Below, in pieces: positions 22,480-35,720 of a DNA stretch of 64,000 nucleotides (positions are counted from its first letter, which is position 1; each line of letters starts with the position of its first letter). Below the pieces are notes generated by a model. It worked only from the letters and a program-made list of their open reading frames with translations. It did not search any database and was not told where the DNA came from. A program made the position numbers and the translations under genes. Origin of the DNA: Octopus sinensis (taxonomy: Eukaryota); contig NC_042997.1 in NCBI RefSeq assembly GCF_006345805.1, positions 193,440,001 to 193,504,000 on the forward strand. Direction: 5' to 3'.

Positions 22480-23521
22480 GACAATAGGGAAGTATTATAC
22501 AGCAAGATAAAAAAAGGAAGTTTTAGAAATAGTGTATCAGGGGAACTGGTATTTATATTTAAAACGTTTGTATTACCGAAGAAACACTACTCGCAATATT
22601 CCAGGACTTGTTTAACCTTGAGGCACAGAATAAATTGGAATTGAAAATAAGAAATATCAAAAATATAAGAAAATACGAAAACCACTATAGAACATCTCAA
22701 AGATATACCTTTAAAGTTATTGTCATAATTGTATTGAAGTTGTATTGGATTTTTATTTTTATCCGTCACAGACCAATTAAATTGACAGTTGTCTAACATC
22801 CATCAGAATATAATTGTTTACCAACGATATATTTATATAGAAATTCATTTCTTTTTCCTTAGAAAATACACTGTACATATAAAAGACTTTCAAATAAAGA
22901 TAATGTAAGTTTATTCATCGACTACATTTTCCTCCAGTGAACACGAGTAAAACAGTATGAATTATTGAATACCAACAAGAATTAATGATAAAATATTTTG
23001 AAATGTCTTCTTCTCGCTATTGACATATTTATTTCGATTGAAGTTTTATTACTAATTATAGTTATCATCAAAATTCAGTTGAATAATAATTGCTTCGTGA
23101 TGGACGGTTTTAGATATTTTCAAACTGTTAATTGAAATAGAAAAAGAATTAAATGAAACCCATACAAGTGGGGATTTGGAAATAATAACAGAACAGCAGG
23201 AAAATACAAAGAAAATTGCTATTGTTATTTGATAAAGTAATTAAATACAACAATCATAATTTTATTTGTATATTTAAATTATTTTGTTGAAGTATTTTTT
23301 TAGTAGATGAAGCTGTCAAATAATAGTTTTACTTAAATGAAAGTTAACATGGGACACAGGAACCATACGTTTTCATTTATTTAGAGCGAAATGCACAGTC
23401 ACTTGCTTGAGCTATTTCGATCAGGAGTATCCATAAATGGGTGATAAAACCTATTATCTTTGGAACGTGACATCCATACTGCAGTGCAAGTTAACTTTAT
23501 GGCTGCAGGTATGATTGTGTT

Positions 23522-23938
23522 AAGGCGGTGAGCTGGCAGAAACGGTAGCACGCCGGGCGAAATGTGTAGCCGCATTGCGTCTGCCGCTACGTTCTGAGTT
23601 CAAATTCCGCCGAGGTCGACTTTGCCTTTCATCCTTTCGGGGTCGATAAATAAAGTACCAGTTACGCACTGGGGTCGATGTAATCGACATAATCCGTTTG
23701 TCTGTCCTAGTTTGTCCCCTCTGTGTTTAGCCTCTTGTGGGTAGTAAAGAAATAGGTATTTCGTCTGCCGCTACGTTCTGAGTTCAAATTCTGCCGAGGT
23801 CGACTTTGCCTTTCATCCTTTCGGGATCGATAAATTAAGTACCAGTTGCATACGGGGGTTGATGTAATCGACTTAATCCCTCTGTCTGTCCTTGTTTGTC
23901 CCCTCTGTGTTTAGCCCCTTGTGGGTAGTAAAAAAATA
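23522..23938 (+). mobile_element. S1 SINE dimer
   Basis: TSD ggtatga(t/c)tgtgtt; junction aaata|ggtatttcg at 23754/23755. Confidence 0.92.
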
Positions 23939-24356
23939 GGTATGACTGTGTTGTTAAGAAATTCTCTTCGCAACTATTCGATTTCGGTATTTAATCAGAC
24001 TGTGCGGCACCTTAGGTAAGTGCCGTTTAACATAATCTCAGGTTGACCAAAACCTTGTTAATAGAATTTTGTAGGGAGAAACTCGCCAGGGAAGCAGTTC
24101 CTGTTTTTTAGATTTAAGAATTAATTCGTCAATTGGTTTAATACCACCACCTGATTTTAATAAAAATAAAAATAAAATAAATATAAGAAATAAGTGGAAA
24201 TTTTACCGGTGAGTGTGTTACATTATCAGGCACAAACAGAAAATGACTCTCCCCAGACACAACAGAATTTGAAAATACATCATTTAAAACCAAATATAAA
24301 AATTCCGCAAGAACTTTCTTGACAACCTAATAATACATACATACATACATAGTATA

Positions 24357-24738
24357 GGAGCACTCCGTCGGTTACGACGATGAGGGTCCCAGCTGATACA
24401 ATCAACGGAATAGCTTGCTCGTGGAATTAACGTGCAAGTGGCTGAGCATTCCACAGACACGTGTACCCTTAACGTAGTTCTCGGGGATATTCAGCGTGAC
24501 ACAGAGAGTGACAAGGCTGGCCCTTTGAAATACAGGTACAACAGAAACAGGAAGAAAGAGTGAGAGAAAGTTGTGGTGAAAGAGTACAGCAGGGTTCGTC
24601 ACCACCCCCTGCGGGAGCCTTGTGAAGCTTTAGGTGTTTTCGCTCAATAAACACTCACAATGCCCGGTCTGGGAATCGAAACCGCGATCCTACGACCGCG
24701 AGTCCGCTGCCCTAACCACTGGGCCATTGCGCCTCCAC
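24357..24738 (-). mobile_element. S3a SINE, full length
   Basis: Complete head (tggcccagtgg / ggtttcgattcc) and S3a tail. Confidence 0.9.
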
Positions 24739-24750
24739 ACATACATACAT

Positions 24751-24808
<58 letters not shown>

Positions 24809-25011
24809 GGTGATTGCCGTTTGCGTGTGCATCCTCAATGGCATTTCAGACTTTCCATTAATGACCTCTCAGATGACTATTCAGCGCTGCTGCAGATCTG
24901 CATGGTTTGGAGTATACTTACTGTATGCTCCCAGCTGGTTAGGTCTGCACATGTCACCACTAATTCTATTGCTATAGGACTTTCAGTTGATGGGATGAAA
25001 AACGCGGTTAC

Positions 25012-25110
25012 CATAAAGAGACATTTCTATACCACTGCATTATAGTGTTAAACGCTTGTAGAGCACAAATCCCATTCTCTGAAACACTGTGATTAGTATC
25101 TAGTGACATG
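25012..25110 (-). CDS. Candidate 99-nt coding exon
   Basis: catctctcttcag| acceptor, open frame MSLDTNHSVSENGICALQAFNTIMQWYRNVSL, TG|GTAACC donor. Confidence 0.22.
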
Positions 25111-26131
25111 CTGAAGAGAGATGAGCAGTGAAACCGCAGGTTTTACATCAGATTATCTTTCTAGAAGGATGTTGTGACAACAGCTAGGAGTCCCTCACTC
25201 TCGGCGGTTTTAGTGCGCGCCCTGACACCAACCAAACATATTTCTTCGCTTCCGCACTCAGATGGAATGTTATCACATATGTAAGTTAACTTACAGCTGG
25301 GAAAGTGAAAGGTAATGACTTCAATTAATTCACAGTCTTAGTTTGCTTGGATTTCTTGCTCTATAGCATTCACTAAGGACGTCTAAGGATGTACAACAAT
25401 ACAATACTGTTTGAATCATACAACCGTAATATAAGAAGTACAAGAAACATGTATAAAGCCATTATGAAGAGAATACAGGTATCTATAAGAAAATAGTAGT
25501 GGCCTATTACTTATGTACGCCTTGTTCGTGTTGTCTGGCTCCAGGCTAGCCTTGATCAAGTTGATCTATAATCAAAGACGCAATTGTATCCATACTGTAT
25601 AATTCGTCAGATAAAAATGTATCAAAGGTATTGTTCAATGTTTCATCTTATTTAAATGGTTAGACAATAGAGTATGATTTGAGAAGTATTTGATTGTAAT
25701 TTCTGACACGAAGAGCGACTACATAGAGGTCACTTTTTTGACTCATTTTGTACATGTACATCAATAGAATTGGCAGTGTGTCTTCATCTATCTCTATTTG
25801 TCTGTTCCCTAAAGGAAGTTAACTCTGATATTCCTGAATTTATCTCTTATTGGCTCCTGTATATTTATTAGAGTGTTGAGAACTTACTTTTGTGACTATT
25901 GGTAATATCAAATAACCTTACATCTATAATTAATTGATAGTTAAACAGTAGTATTGTTATTAATAACATATATTTATCATAAATAAACAAATGAGTAATT
26001 CATTTCATTCCATTCTATTTTATTTTAATTTAATGTTTTACTTTGGAAAGTAGTGTTCATTCCGTTATTTTCAATAAACACCATAAAATTTGAAAAAATT
26101 ATAATCATTCCATCTATGTAACATTACTTAC

Positions 26132-26180
26132 AGTGGCAAAATAATATTTTCTAACATTACCAATACGACAAGTAAAAATT
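26132..26180 (-). CDS. Candidate 49-nt coding exon
   Basis: ttcattttcacaag| acceptor, |GTAAGT donor; phase-compatible with 25012-25110. Confidence 0.22.
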
Positions 26181-27084
26181 CTTGTGAAAATGAACTTTCA
26201 CAATACTTAGTTTCACCGATGTTTGTAGCACGTATATTTTAAGATGGTCAAACTGACTCAATCAAGATGGAACAATATATGATTGATGTTTCTTAGTTTA
26301 TAGGTTTTAATACCATAAATAATACTTTAAAAAAGAATAAAAGCGACTGTAAAATATTAATGGCACTAGAAACATCTTAATAGCTTAACCTTAGTATCCT
26401 TATTCGTTTCTTTTCATTTTCTCTTATCGGTCGATCTAATTAGACTATCCTCATCTCTATTTCTCCAGAATATTGTGAAATTATTTTTGTTTGTCTATAT
26501 CATATATGTTTTGTAAATTCACATGTTTTGTTTTTTAATTTTGCACTTTTCTTGACCTTCAAAACCTTTTTATCTGAAAGATCGCGTTTCAGATTTGGGT
26601 AATTTAACTCGTATAAATACATACACTCGCATATTAGTGTGTGCATACACATTAGACACACGCATGCGTAAAACAAGTATTTGCGAGTGTAATTGAAATA
26701 TGAGGATTTTTGTTGATTAGAATATCTGAAAAAGAAAAATCTCAAATTTATTTGCTATTAATGTAATGTTCTGACTAAGAATTAAGTCCTCGAATCTTTT
26801 TATATAAACTTTTACAGCTTTATATAACGAAACGAAATGCTTTTTGTTATCAATTTTTCCGAGACAGGAAGGATATTTTATGAGATTGATTACTCCTAAA
26901 GGTTCATTGAAGAGAATTAAAATTTCCGTCTTGTCTTTTATTTAACTCTTTACGGGCTTGTTTTTGTATTCATTGGGCGACAACAACAGTATAAAAAAGT
27001 ATACTTATAGGTTTTACATACAATGTAGTACCTTTGACATCTGAAGTCGTATATATAAGGCTCCTTTTAAGATGAACAAGAATC

Positions 27085-27531
27085 GGATCTTTTCGGTTTG
27101 AACGGCACTTTTTTCTAGCGGTGTAATGAAATTGTCACCCATAATTATGACCCTAGTATCAATCTATTGCATTTCAATCTGTTTTAGGGTTAGCGTTAGT
27201 TAGGGTTAGTTAGGGTTAGGGTTAGGGCTAGGGGTGGGGAGAAGGGTATATTTTTTCTTCAGAAATGTAAATAAACCCAATCTGTTTCTTAAACGAGGGA
27301 CATATTCATACAGCACAGAATGTTTCTTACTTCAAAAGACGTCAGTGATTGGTTGAAATTGCAGAAATTGAAGAAAAAAAAACAACAAATATCTTACAAA
27401 CTATAGAATTTTCTCAATAAAGCCAAGAGAAAAATATGTTTTATAAACACATTCTACCAGTATACGAAGTTTAAATTTTTTTAGTTAACTAGAAATTATG
27501 TTAAAAACTGCCGTTCAAACCGAAAAGATCC
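27085..27531 (+). mobile_element. M1 MITE
   Basis: Exact 8-bp TSD caagaatc (27077-27084, 27532-27539); TTAGGG-rich tract at 27186-27235. Confidence 0.95.
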
Positions 27532-28478
27532 CAAGAATCAAACATAATTAAGTCATGTTATTACCTACACATCTGAGAGAAACCAAATAATTATAAAACT
27601 ATTGTGTGCAAGGAAAGCTGCGGTTACAGTGGTATTGTTCTTATACGACGATTTTGTCACTTTCAGTCATTCAATATCCATCGTATATCATCGCTGATTC
27701 AGTCATTATCTTTTCGAGTAACGATGTAATGCTTAGAGCAGCATTTCCATCAGTTTGATTCCAAAGAATAACATCTGTCAATGAAAATTCAGAGAGCTGA
27801 ATTTCACCATCAAGAATCGTAACTCATTCAGCTGGGAGTATGCCATGCGAATCACATTACAAAGATTTATGTAATTGGAGAAATGTTATCTTTCGTAAAA
27901 GACTGCCGTATTCCGAACGTTCTTAATACAAAGGGAAAGTTAGTTAAAACAAAGAAAGAAATAGTTAAGCAATAGAATTTTCGTTAGGATTTACGTATCC
28001 AAACAGCAAGAGGGAATATAAACAAGTCTCATTCTTTTACCAAGAGTTCCTGAGAAATAACTGTTACTATGTGCTCAGTTTTTAATAAAAGAGCCTTCAA
28101 ATAGTAGTAATTTTAAAGGGGTAACTTTTATATAGAAACTGGGCAATACAAACCACACTAAGTTCTTTAGGACTTGCACAAGTATTTAGTTTTGAGATTA
28201 AACACATTTTTTAAAAATAGGAATTGAAATTACTTGAGATTCAATAAGCTTTTTGCATCATTGCAGATTGGATGAAATGCAGTAAACACTGGGATTTCTC
28301 TGAAGAAATTTGTTTTTCTTTACTTGCAGTAGTCAAATTTCTATAAATCACAGTCTTTAAGATCTTTCTCATGATTGCAGATAAGGACTATCTCAAGGTC
28401 TGATCAGTCAGTCACTCATAATTCGTTACAAACTGAGTCGTTTGAGAGAAATCATAAGTCCCTTAATTAAAATTCATT

Positions 28479-28895
28479 TCTTTTACTCTTTTACTCATTT
28501 ACTGGTTTCAGTCATTTGACTGCGGCCATGCTGGAGCACCTCCTTTAGTCGAGCAAATCGACCCCGGGACTTATTCTTTGTAAGCCCAGTACTTATTCTA
28601 TCGGTCTCTTCTGCCGAACCGCTAAGTGACGGCGACGTAAACACACCAGCATCGATTGTCAAGCAATGCTAGGGGGACAAACACAGACACACAAACATAT
28701 ACACACACACACATATATATATACATATATACGACGGGCTTCTTTCAGTTTCCGTCTACCAAATCCACTCACAAGGCTTTGGTCGGTCCGAGGCTATAGC
28801 AGAAAACATTTGCCCAAGATGTCACGCAGTGGGAGTGAACCCGGAACCATGTGGTTGGTAAGCAAGCTACTTACCACACAGCCACTCCTGCGCCT
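28479..28895 (-). mobile_element. S2 SINE, full length
   Basis: Complete head to tail. Confidence 0.9.
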
Positions 28896-30083
28896 TTGGT
28901 TAAATATAATACACCAAACCTATGAATAATATGAAATGAGCCTGACTCCTGGTTTGCATCGAACATCCCATCTCCCTTTCTAAATAATCGTCTGGTCTCA
29001 CTGCTATGAGTTATACATGACAGAGCAATTGCATTCGCACTTTAAAGCAAGAACTTTTCTGAAAGACTCCACTGCAAGGAAAATTGGCACTCAATACTTC
29101 ATCGGGATGGCATCGAAATTATTGATAGTTGACAGATAATGAGGTGATAGAAGTATTTTATAATCAAGTCATCCACATGATTTAATGATAAAATAACACT
29201 ATTGCTTGTGTTGTACGAAAGTGTATTGATTTCAGGAACAAGTGTTGAGAAGCTAATGTGTTTTGATGTTATTTTAGATTTCTTTCCCTTCGGCATTGCG
29301 TTGCTATAGCAATATTAAAGCAGCAGCTTCCTATTTCTTTCGTGACCATTCTTGTATCGATGATGGCATTCAGGACATATTAGAAATTAGTTTCCATTTG
29401 CTTGAAAATTGCTATTTCCCCCCACCTCCCTCTCCACATGATGTAGTTAAGATAATAGCAAAATTATTTCTCCAGTTCGAAGACATGACAAGTCACGGAA
29501 CCAGAATAATTCTAAATCAACAAAGAGGAAAATAATATTCCTAGTTTATCTGACAAAATAAATACTGCCATATTTCTTTAATACTATATAATCTCCTATT
29601 CTCAAATGGTTTCAACGTATAGCATTTTTCTTTCTAATTTTTCTCCTTCAATTCAATATTTTATTTTTATCGATAGAATGCGAAAAAGCAGAATCTCATT
29701 TTTATCTTATCATTTTGATAATACTTTACCCCTTTAATATGTTTGAAACTTGAACTATTCTCAGATTGCTTTATAGTTGTCTCATTTATTATACTACATT
29801 AATCCAGGGTGGCAGGAAAATGTTAGATCCCAGAATCGTTGGTTTTTAATTTCAGTTTGCGAATAAAGTTTCACTTCTATCAGTAATCATATACCAGACA
29901 GTCTGATTAAGCAATTACTAGGATTAACAACAAATATATCAATTCAGCAGGAAGTACCTGAGAGTTTATAAATAAATTCTGATTTATATGAAAAGTAGAA
30001 TATAGGGTCACAATATATATCAGTACACAATCGGAGTTTGAGTAAGAGTGATGAATCTGCCGTTGATATATATATATATATAT

Positions 30084-30153
<70 letters not shown>

Positions 30154-30168
30154 ATATAATAATCGTTA

Positions 30169-30330
30169 GCCACCTCACACTTTTCTCTCCTTTTTTTTCT
30201 CTCCTTGTTTTCTCTCCTGTATTTTTCTGTGTCCCTTTCTATAGAAGAGCGTAGGCTCGAAACGTAAAATACTTTTTCTATTCCTGAGCGTTATACTAAT
30301 TCATCTGTTTGTTTTGTACACCACCTGTCT
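30169..30330 (+). mobile_element. Penelope-like terminal fragment
   Basis: ctatagaagagcgtaggctcgaaacgta motif; related pieces at 31825-31910 (+) and 46895-47000 (-). Confidence 0.5.
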
Positions 30331-30340
30331 GGTATGTATG

Positions 30341-30372
<32 letters not shown>

Positions 30373-30711
30373 TGTATGTATGTATGTATGTATGTATGTA
30401 TGTATGCATGTATGTATGTATGTATGCATGCATGTATGTATGTATGCATGTATGTATGCATGTATTTGTCTACGTGTGTCTGTCTGTTTGTCCTCCAATC
30501 ACCGTTTGACAACCGGTGTTGGTGTGTTTACGCCCTCGTAACTTAGCGGTTCGGCATAAGGACCCGATAGGATAAGTACTAGGCCAAAGAAATAAGCTAT
30601 GGGGTCGATTTGTTCGACTAAAACCCCCTCAAGGCGGTTCTCCTGCATGACCGCAGTCAAATGACTGAAACAAGTTAAAGAATAAAAGACTATATATATA
30701 TATATATATAT

Positions 30712-30980
30712 ATAGTCCCAAACTTTTTCTCAAACCCGCTATAATGTGATACATGTCCTTAGTGTGGTAATTGTACGCGGCTGAAGAAGGCTTTTGACCT
30801 ACCTGTTATATCAATTATGCATTGATATAAGTTGTTCAATAAAGCCCGAAACATATGTACCGCAGAATCATTTGCGTCCTGTTTTTCTTTTGATACATAT
30901 ATCCTATCACCTATACCACTAGCTGGCATATACAGGTGCTTACAGTTATCAAGTATTCACCCTGAATTTTTTGTACCTAA

Positions 30981-30982
<2 letters not shown>
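30712..30982 (+). mobile_element. Probable Penelope-like fragment between TA tracts
   Basis: Contains the hammerhead motif; bounded by (TA)n on both sides. PLE origin is inferred. Confidence 0.4.
30777..30863 (+). ncRNA. Type I hammerhead ribozyme-like motif
   Basis: Stem I GCGG/CCGC, core CUGAAGA..GAAA, stem II GGCUUU/AAAGCC, palindromic stem III ACAUAUGU, GUA cleavage triplet. Confidence 0.7.
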
Positions 30983-31038
<56 letters not shown>

Positions 31039-31930
31039 CTAAAGGTGGTGCCCCAGTCAAATGACTGAAACAAGTAAAAGAGTAAAAGAGTTTGTGCAAA
31101 TGATTTTCTCTATGTTGATACAGATATTTTGAATATGTTGGTAAATCTGACATAAACTATATCTTATTTCAATGTATTTAACACATAAAAAAAGAAAAAA
31201 AGAAAGCGTAAACTGCAAAAGCTATATTTAGTGTGGCAGGAACTAAAAGAAAAAGAACACAAAATTTCTTCCCTCCCTTCATTTCCAGTGCAGTTCAATA
31301 GTAAAATCATTTGAAAGGGTTTTCTTTAGTGAAATCAGCAATGCATTTACATGGAACGGCTACTGCACTAATACATTAAAATGTCAAAAGGTATAAATTT
31401 TATAAGAAATAAACACTTCATTTAAACAGAAAATTCCAAGCGGTTTTGGTTTTATAGTAAATTCCTTTGATATTATGAGTAAATCTGTTCGTTCTAAATC
31501 GACGACTACTTGTTTCTCGATGGAAATGCGAGTCAGTGAAGTCAACCGTTTTTATTTTGGACTGTTGTGCATCTTAAGAATGAACGAATTCCGCCCAAAG
31601 TTGAGAAGGTTCATTCGTTTGCATCTAAAGTTGCAAGGATGATCAGCCAAAGTTGAATTAATTTGGCAACTTCAGACAGCAGTCAAGTTTTTATGAAGTG
31701 ACTCTAAAATGCTATGGCTAAACTTGCACTTTGTGTGTAGTGTGTGGGTATACATAAATACATATATATACATATATATGCAAATACTACATACATATAT
31801 ACATACATCTGTACCTATATATATATATATTCTATTCCTGAGTGTTATACTAATACATCTGTTTGTTTTGTACACCACCTATCTTCGTCTTTTGTTTTTT
31901 TTTGTAAACTCTCCCTATATATAAAGGTAC

Positions 31931-32004
<74 letters not shown>

Positions 32005-32352
32005 ATGAAAATTTGTTGAAAATGCACCTAAATTTCAAAAACTCATAAATGTTTAAAATACATTTATTCACATAAATACCATGGTATTTATGTAAATAAA
32101 TGTATTTTAAATATTTATGAGTTTTGAAATTTAGGTGCATTTTCGACAACATATTTTCCTATATTTTTTACTGCATGGAAACACCATCCTCTCTTTTGTT
32201 ATATATATATTACTTTTTTACTTGTTTCAGTCATTTGACTGTGGCCATGCTGGAGCACCGCCTTTAGTCGGAGCAAATCGACCCCAGGACTTATTCTTTC
32301 TAAGCCTAGTACTTATTCTGTCGGTCTCTTTTGCCGGACCGCTATATATATA

Positions 32353-32650
32353 TCTTTATATATAAAAGTGAAGTTGTGTGTCTGTCTCCTACGATTTAGA
32401 TTCCTAACTACTCCCACATTTTGCGGTGCAGTTTAACCAAAAGCGGGTATCTTATAGTCATGATTCATATCGAGCCCTTCTGGGTATTAGCGCGCGTCTA
32501 CGATGAGTCTACGATTTAAAAAAAAAATTACCATAATTTTTTCCCATTTTTAATGCATTTTTTTGCTATTATATAAGGGAAGTAACTCTCTAAAATGCTT
32601 ATATAGTTATTTCCCTTACAAACCCGAGCAACCCCGGGCGATACTGCTAG
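32353..32650 (+). mobile_element. Non-autonomous Helitron-like element (298 bp)
   Basis: A|TC..CTAG|T; near-identical to 20907-21205; follows a truncated S2 tail (32210-32345). Confidence 0.85.
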
Positions 32651-33101
32651 TATATATATATATATATATATATGAAAGAAGGTTTGAAAATGCAATTTTA
32701 AAAGATGTTTATTCACTTGATCGGTTTCACTTTTTTAGAAAAAGATTGTCAAAAGTAACATGTAAAAGCTTTGTTGTGTTAGGTACTGGTTGTCACAAAA
32801 TATTACAATACGTACATACATTCTTTGATAATAATAAGAACATGTTAAAAACAGTTTACAAGGAAAAATCTTGGGAAAATATAGTAAAGTTCATTAAAAT
32901 ATTGGGCACAAAAAATTACAATACATTCTTTGATAAAGATAAGAAAATGTTAAAAACAGTTTACAGAAAAATTTTTTTCGAGAAATTATTAAGAAGTTCA
33001 TAAAACCTATTAGGATTTCATTCGAAATCATGTTTGTTTGGAAGTATCCATATATATACACAGAATATTATAAGTTCAAAAAGGTCATATTTTGGTAGTA
33101 C

Positions 33102-33106
<5 letters not shown>

Positions 33107-33134
<28 letters not shown>

Positions 33135-33321
33135 ATTTGGCTCAAAAGCAAAGAGCAAGGCCATGTAGGGGGACATGGAGTTAAGTACAGGGTGGTGTTC
33201 ATGTAAAGAGTTCAGGCCACTTGAGGTCAAGGGAGGCTTTGAACAAAGCTGTAGTCGGCATCTTCACCATCTCGTCTGGCAGCTTGTTCCACGGATCCGC
33301 AACCCGGACAGAGAAAGCTCC
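33107..33321 (-). mobile_element. CR1-like LINE 3' end (same family as 9284)
   Basis: GAFSVRVADPWNKLPDEMVKMPTTALFKASLDLKWPELFT*, (TAAC)n tail. Confidence 0.85.
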
Positions 33322-34214
33322 GTATATATACACAGAAGGAGATATATTTAGTTTATAAGGAATTTGGGATGAATTGACCTGTTTCACCATTTTATCGTAA
33401 AAGACTATTTTCTATTTCAAGGGACAGTTTAGGAGGTGTGTTTGGGAGGGGGGAAGGAAGAGCAATGTGGAATTGAAAAGATATATATATACGCACACAT
33501 ACATACCTACATACATACACATGTTGACATACACACACATATATAAATTGTGTTTTTTGTTGTTTAACACCATGTTAGTTGTGATTCCACAGTTGCATTA
33601 TCAAAGGAATTTCGACCAACAATGTTTCTAGAACTTCATTATTTAATGTGGCCTTCCTTTTTTGAAACGACATGATTTGATTTCGTGAAGTTTTGGCAGC
33701 CATTTCTAGCATCTCGAGCGACGGCGTGTACAATCACGAACGCACGTGCGCGTGTACAATATTTGTGTGCACGTATATGCATGCATGTGGTGATATGCAT
33801 CTCTATGGTTTGTCAACCCATAATCTGTAAGGGATTTTAGGCTTAGTGATGGAACAACACGAATCTTTCAAATATTAATCGTTTGTTCGGCCCTATCGCT
33901 CCCTTAGGAGAATAATGAGAAAATATTCATCGTTGAATTTCATATTAATTTCTAGATTAATTTACTAGAACTTGGAGGTGGATTTTAAAATTAATCTTCT
34001 CTCGGTATTGCACTGAATTATGCGTTCTGAATATCTCATTAAAAAACGAAATCAAAAAAATGCGAAGAATTAAAGAAACAATGTTTGATTCAATTCGGTA
34101 TCTAGGGTTTTAATTTAACGAATATGTTGGTAGAAACGATATAAATTCTGTGCCCTTGCATCGGGTTACTCTGACCGTATTAAAAACAAAAAACAAAAAA
34201 AAAACAGTATTAAC

Positions 34215-34625
34215 AGGCGCAGGAGTGGCTGTGTGGTAAGTAGCTTGCTTACCAACCACATGGTTCCGGGTTCAGTCCCACTGCGTGGCATCTTGGGCAA
34301 GTGTCTTCTGCTATAGCCTCGGGCCGACCAATGTCTTGTGAGTGGATTTGGTAGACGGAAACTGAAAGAAGCCTGTCGGATATATATATATATATATGTA
34401 TGTGTGTGTATGTTTGTGTGTCTGTGTTTGTCCCCCTAGCATTGCTTGACAACCGATGCTGGTGTGTTTATGTCCCCGTAACTTAGCGGTTCGGCAAAAA
34501 GAGACCGATAGAATAAGTACTGGGCTTACAAAGAATAAGTCCCGGGGGTCGAGTTGCTCGATTAAAGGCGGTGCTCCAGCATGGCCGCAGTCAAATGACT
34601 GAAACAAGTAAAAGAGAAAGAGAAA
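34215..34625 (+). mobile_element. S2 SINE, full length
   Basis: aggcgcaggagtggctgtgtgg head to aaacaagtaaaagag tail. Confidence 0.9.
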
Positions 34626-34693
34626 AAAAAAGAGAACATTTGAGTCAGCATTGTGTGTTATAGCTACCAGAATCTATCAGAAATTGGTGGCAA

Positions 34694-34926
34694 AAGGCGT
34701 CGAGCTGGCAGAAACGTTAGCGCGCCGGGCGAAATGCTTAGCGATATTTCGTCTGCCGTTACGTTCTGAGTTCAAATTCCGCCGAGGTCGACTTTGCCTT
34801 TCATCCTTTCGGGGTCGATATATTAAGTACCAGTTACGCACTGGGACCGATGTAATCGACTTAATTCCTTTGTCTGTACTTGTTTGTCCCCTCTATATTC
34901 AGCCCCTTGTGGGCAATAAACAAATA
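34694..34926 (+). mobile_element. S1 SINE
   Basis: 14-bp TSD agaaattggtggca (34679-34692, 34927-34940). Confidence 0.92.
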
Positions 34927-34959
34927 AGAAATTGGTGGCACTTTTGTTCGACGCTCTAG

Positions 34960-35378
34960 TAATCCTTTCTATTATAAGCACAAAGCTTGGAATTTTGCAG
35001 GAGGGGATCAATCGAGTAAACCAACCCCAGTACTTGACTGGTTCTTTTTTCATCGACCCCGAAAAGATAAAAAGCAAAGTCAACATCGTCGGAATTCGAA
35101 CTCAGAACGTAAAGACGAACGAAATATTACTAAGCATTTTGTCCGGCGTGCTAACGATTCTGTCAGCTCACCGCCTTATTTCGACACTCTAATAATCTTT
35201 TCTATTTTAGGTATAAGACCTGGAATTTTGGAGGAGGGGGCCAATCGATTACATTGACTCCGAAAGGTTGAAAGGTAAAATCAATCTCGTCGGAATTTGA
35301 ACTCAGAGCATAAAGGCAAACGAAATATTACTAAGCATTTTGTCGGCGTGCTAACGATTCTACCAGCTCGCCGCCTTA
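34960..35378 (-). mobile_element. Two tandem S1b SINEs (S1 head, alternative tail)
   Basis: Separated and flanked by three copies of tcgacgctctaataatc-like sequence (34948, 35181, 35381). Confidence 0.75.
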
Positions 35379-35415
35379 CCTCGTCGCTCTAATAATCCTA
35401 CCTATTCACTGTTTT

Positions 35416-35720
35416 GTGGAGGATCATAGCCTAGTGGTTAGAGCAGCGGATTCGCGGTCGAGGGATCACGAGTTCGAATCTCAGACCGGGCGATGTGTGT
35501 GTTTATGAGCGAAACACCTAAGCTCCACGTGGCTCCGGCAGAAGGTAATGGCGAACTTCTACTGACTCTTTCGCCACAACTTTCTCTCACTCTTTCCTCC
35601 TGCATCTTGCAGCTCGCCTGCAACGGACCGGCGTCCCGTCCAGGTGTGGAACCAATACACCAAGGAAACCGGGAAACCGGCCATAATGAGCCAGGCATAG
35701 CTCAAGAAGGAACAAACAAT
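35416..35720 (+). mobile_element. S3b SINE
   Basis: S3 head/body with cctgcatcttgcagc..gaaaccgggaaaccggcc..aacaaac tail. Confidence 0.85.

Noticed and set aside
22863-22904. 42-nt plus-strand exon-like unit with good splice signals
   Set aside because: No recognisable peptide or compatible neighbouring exon; plausible by chance in AT-rich DNA.
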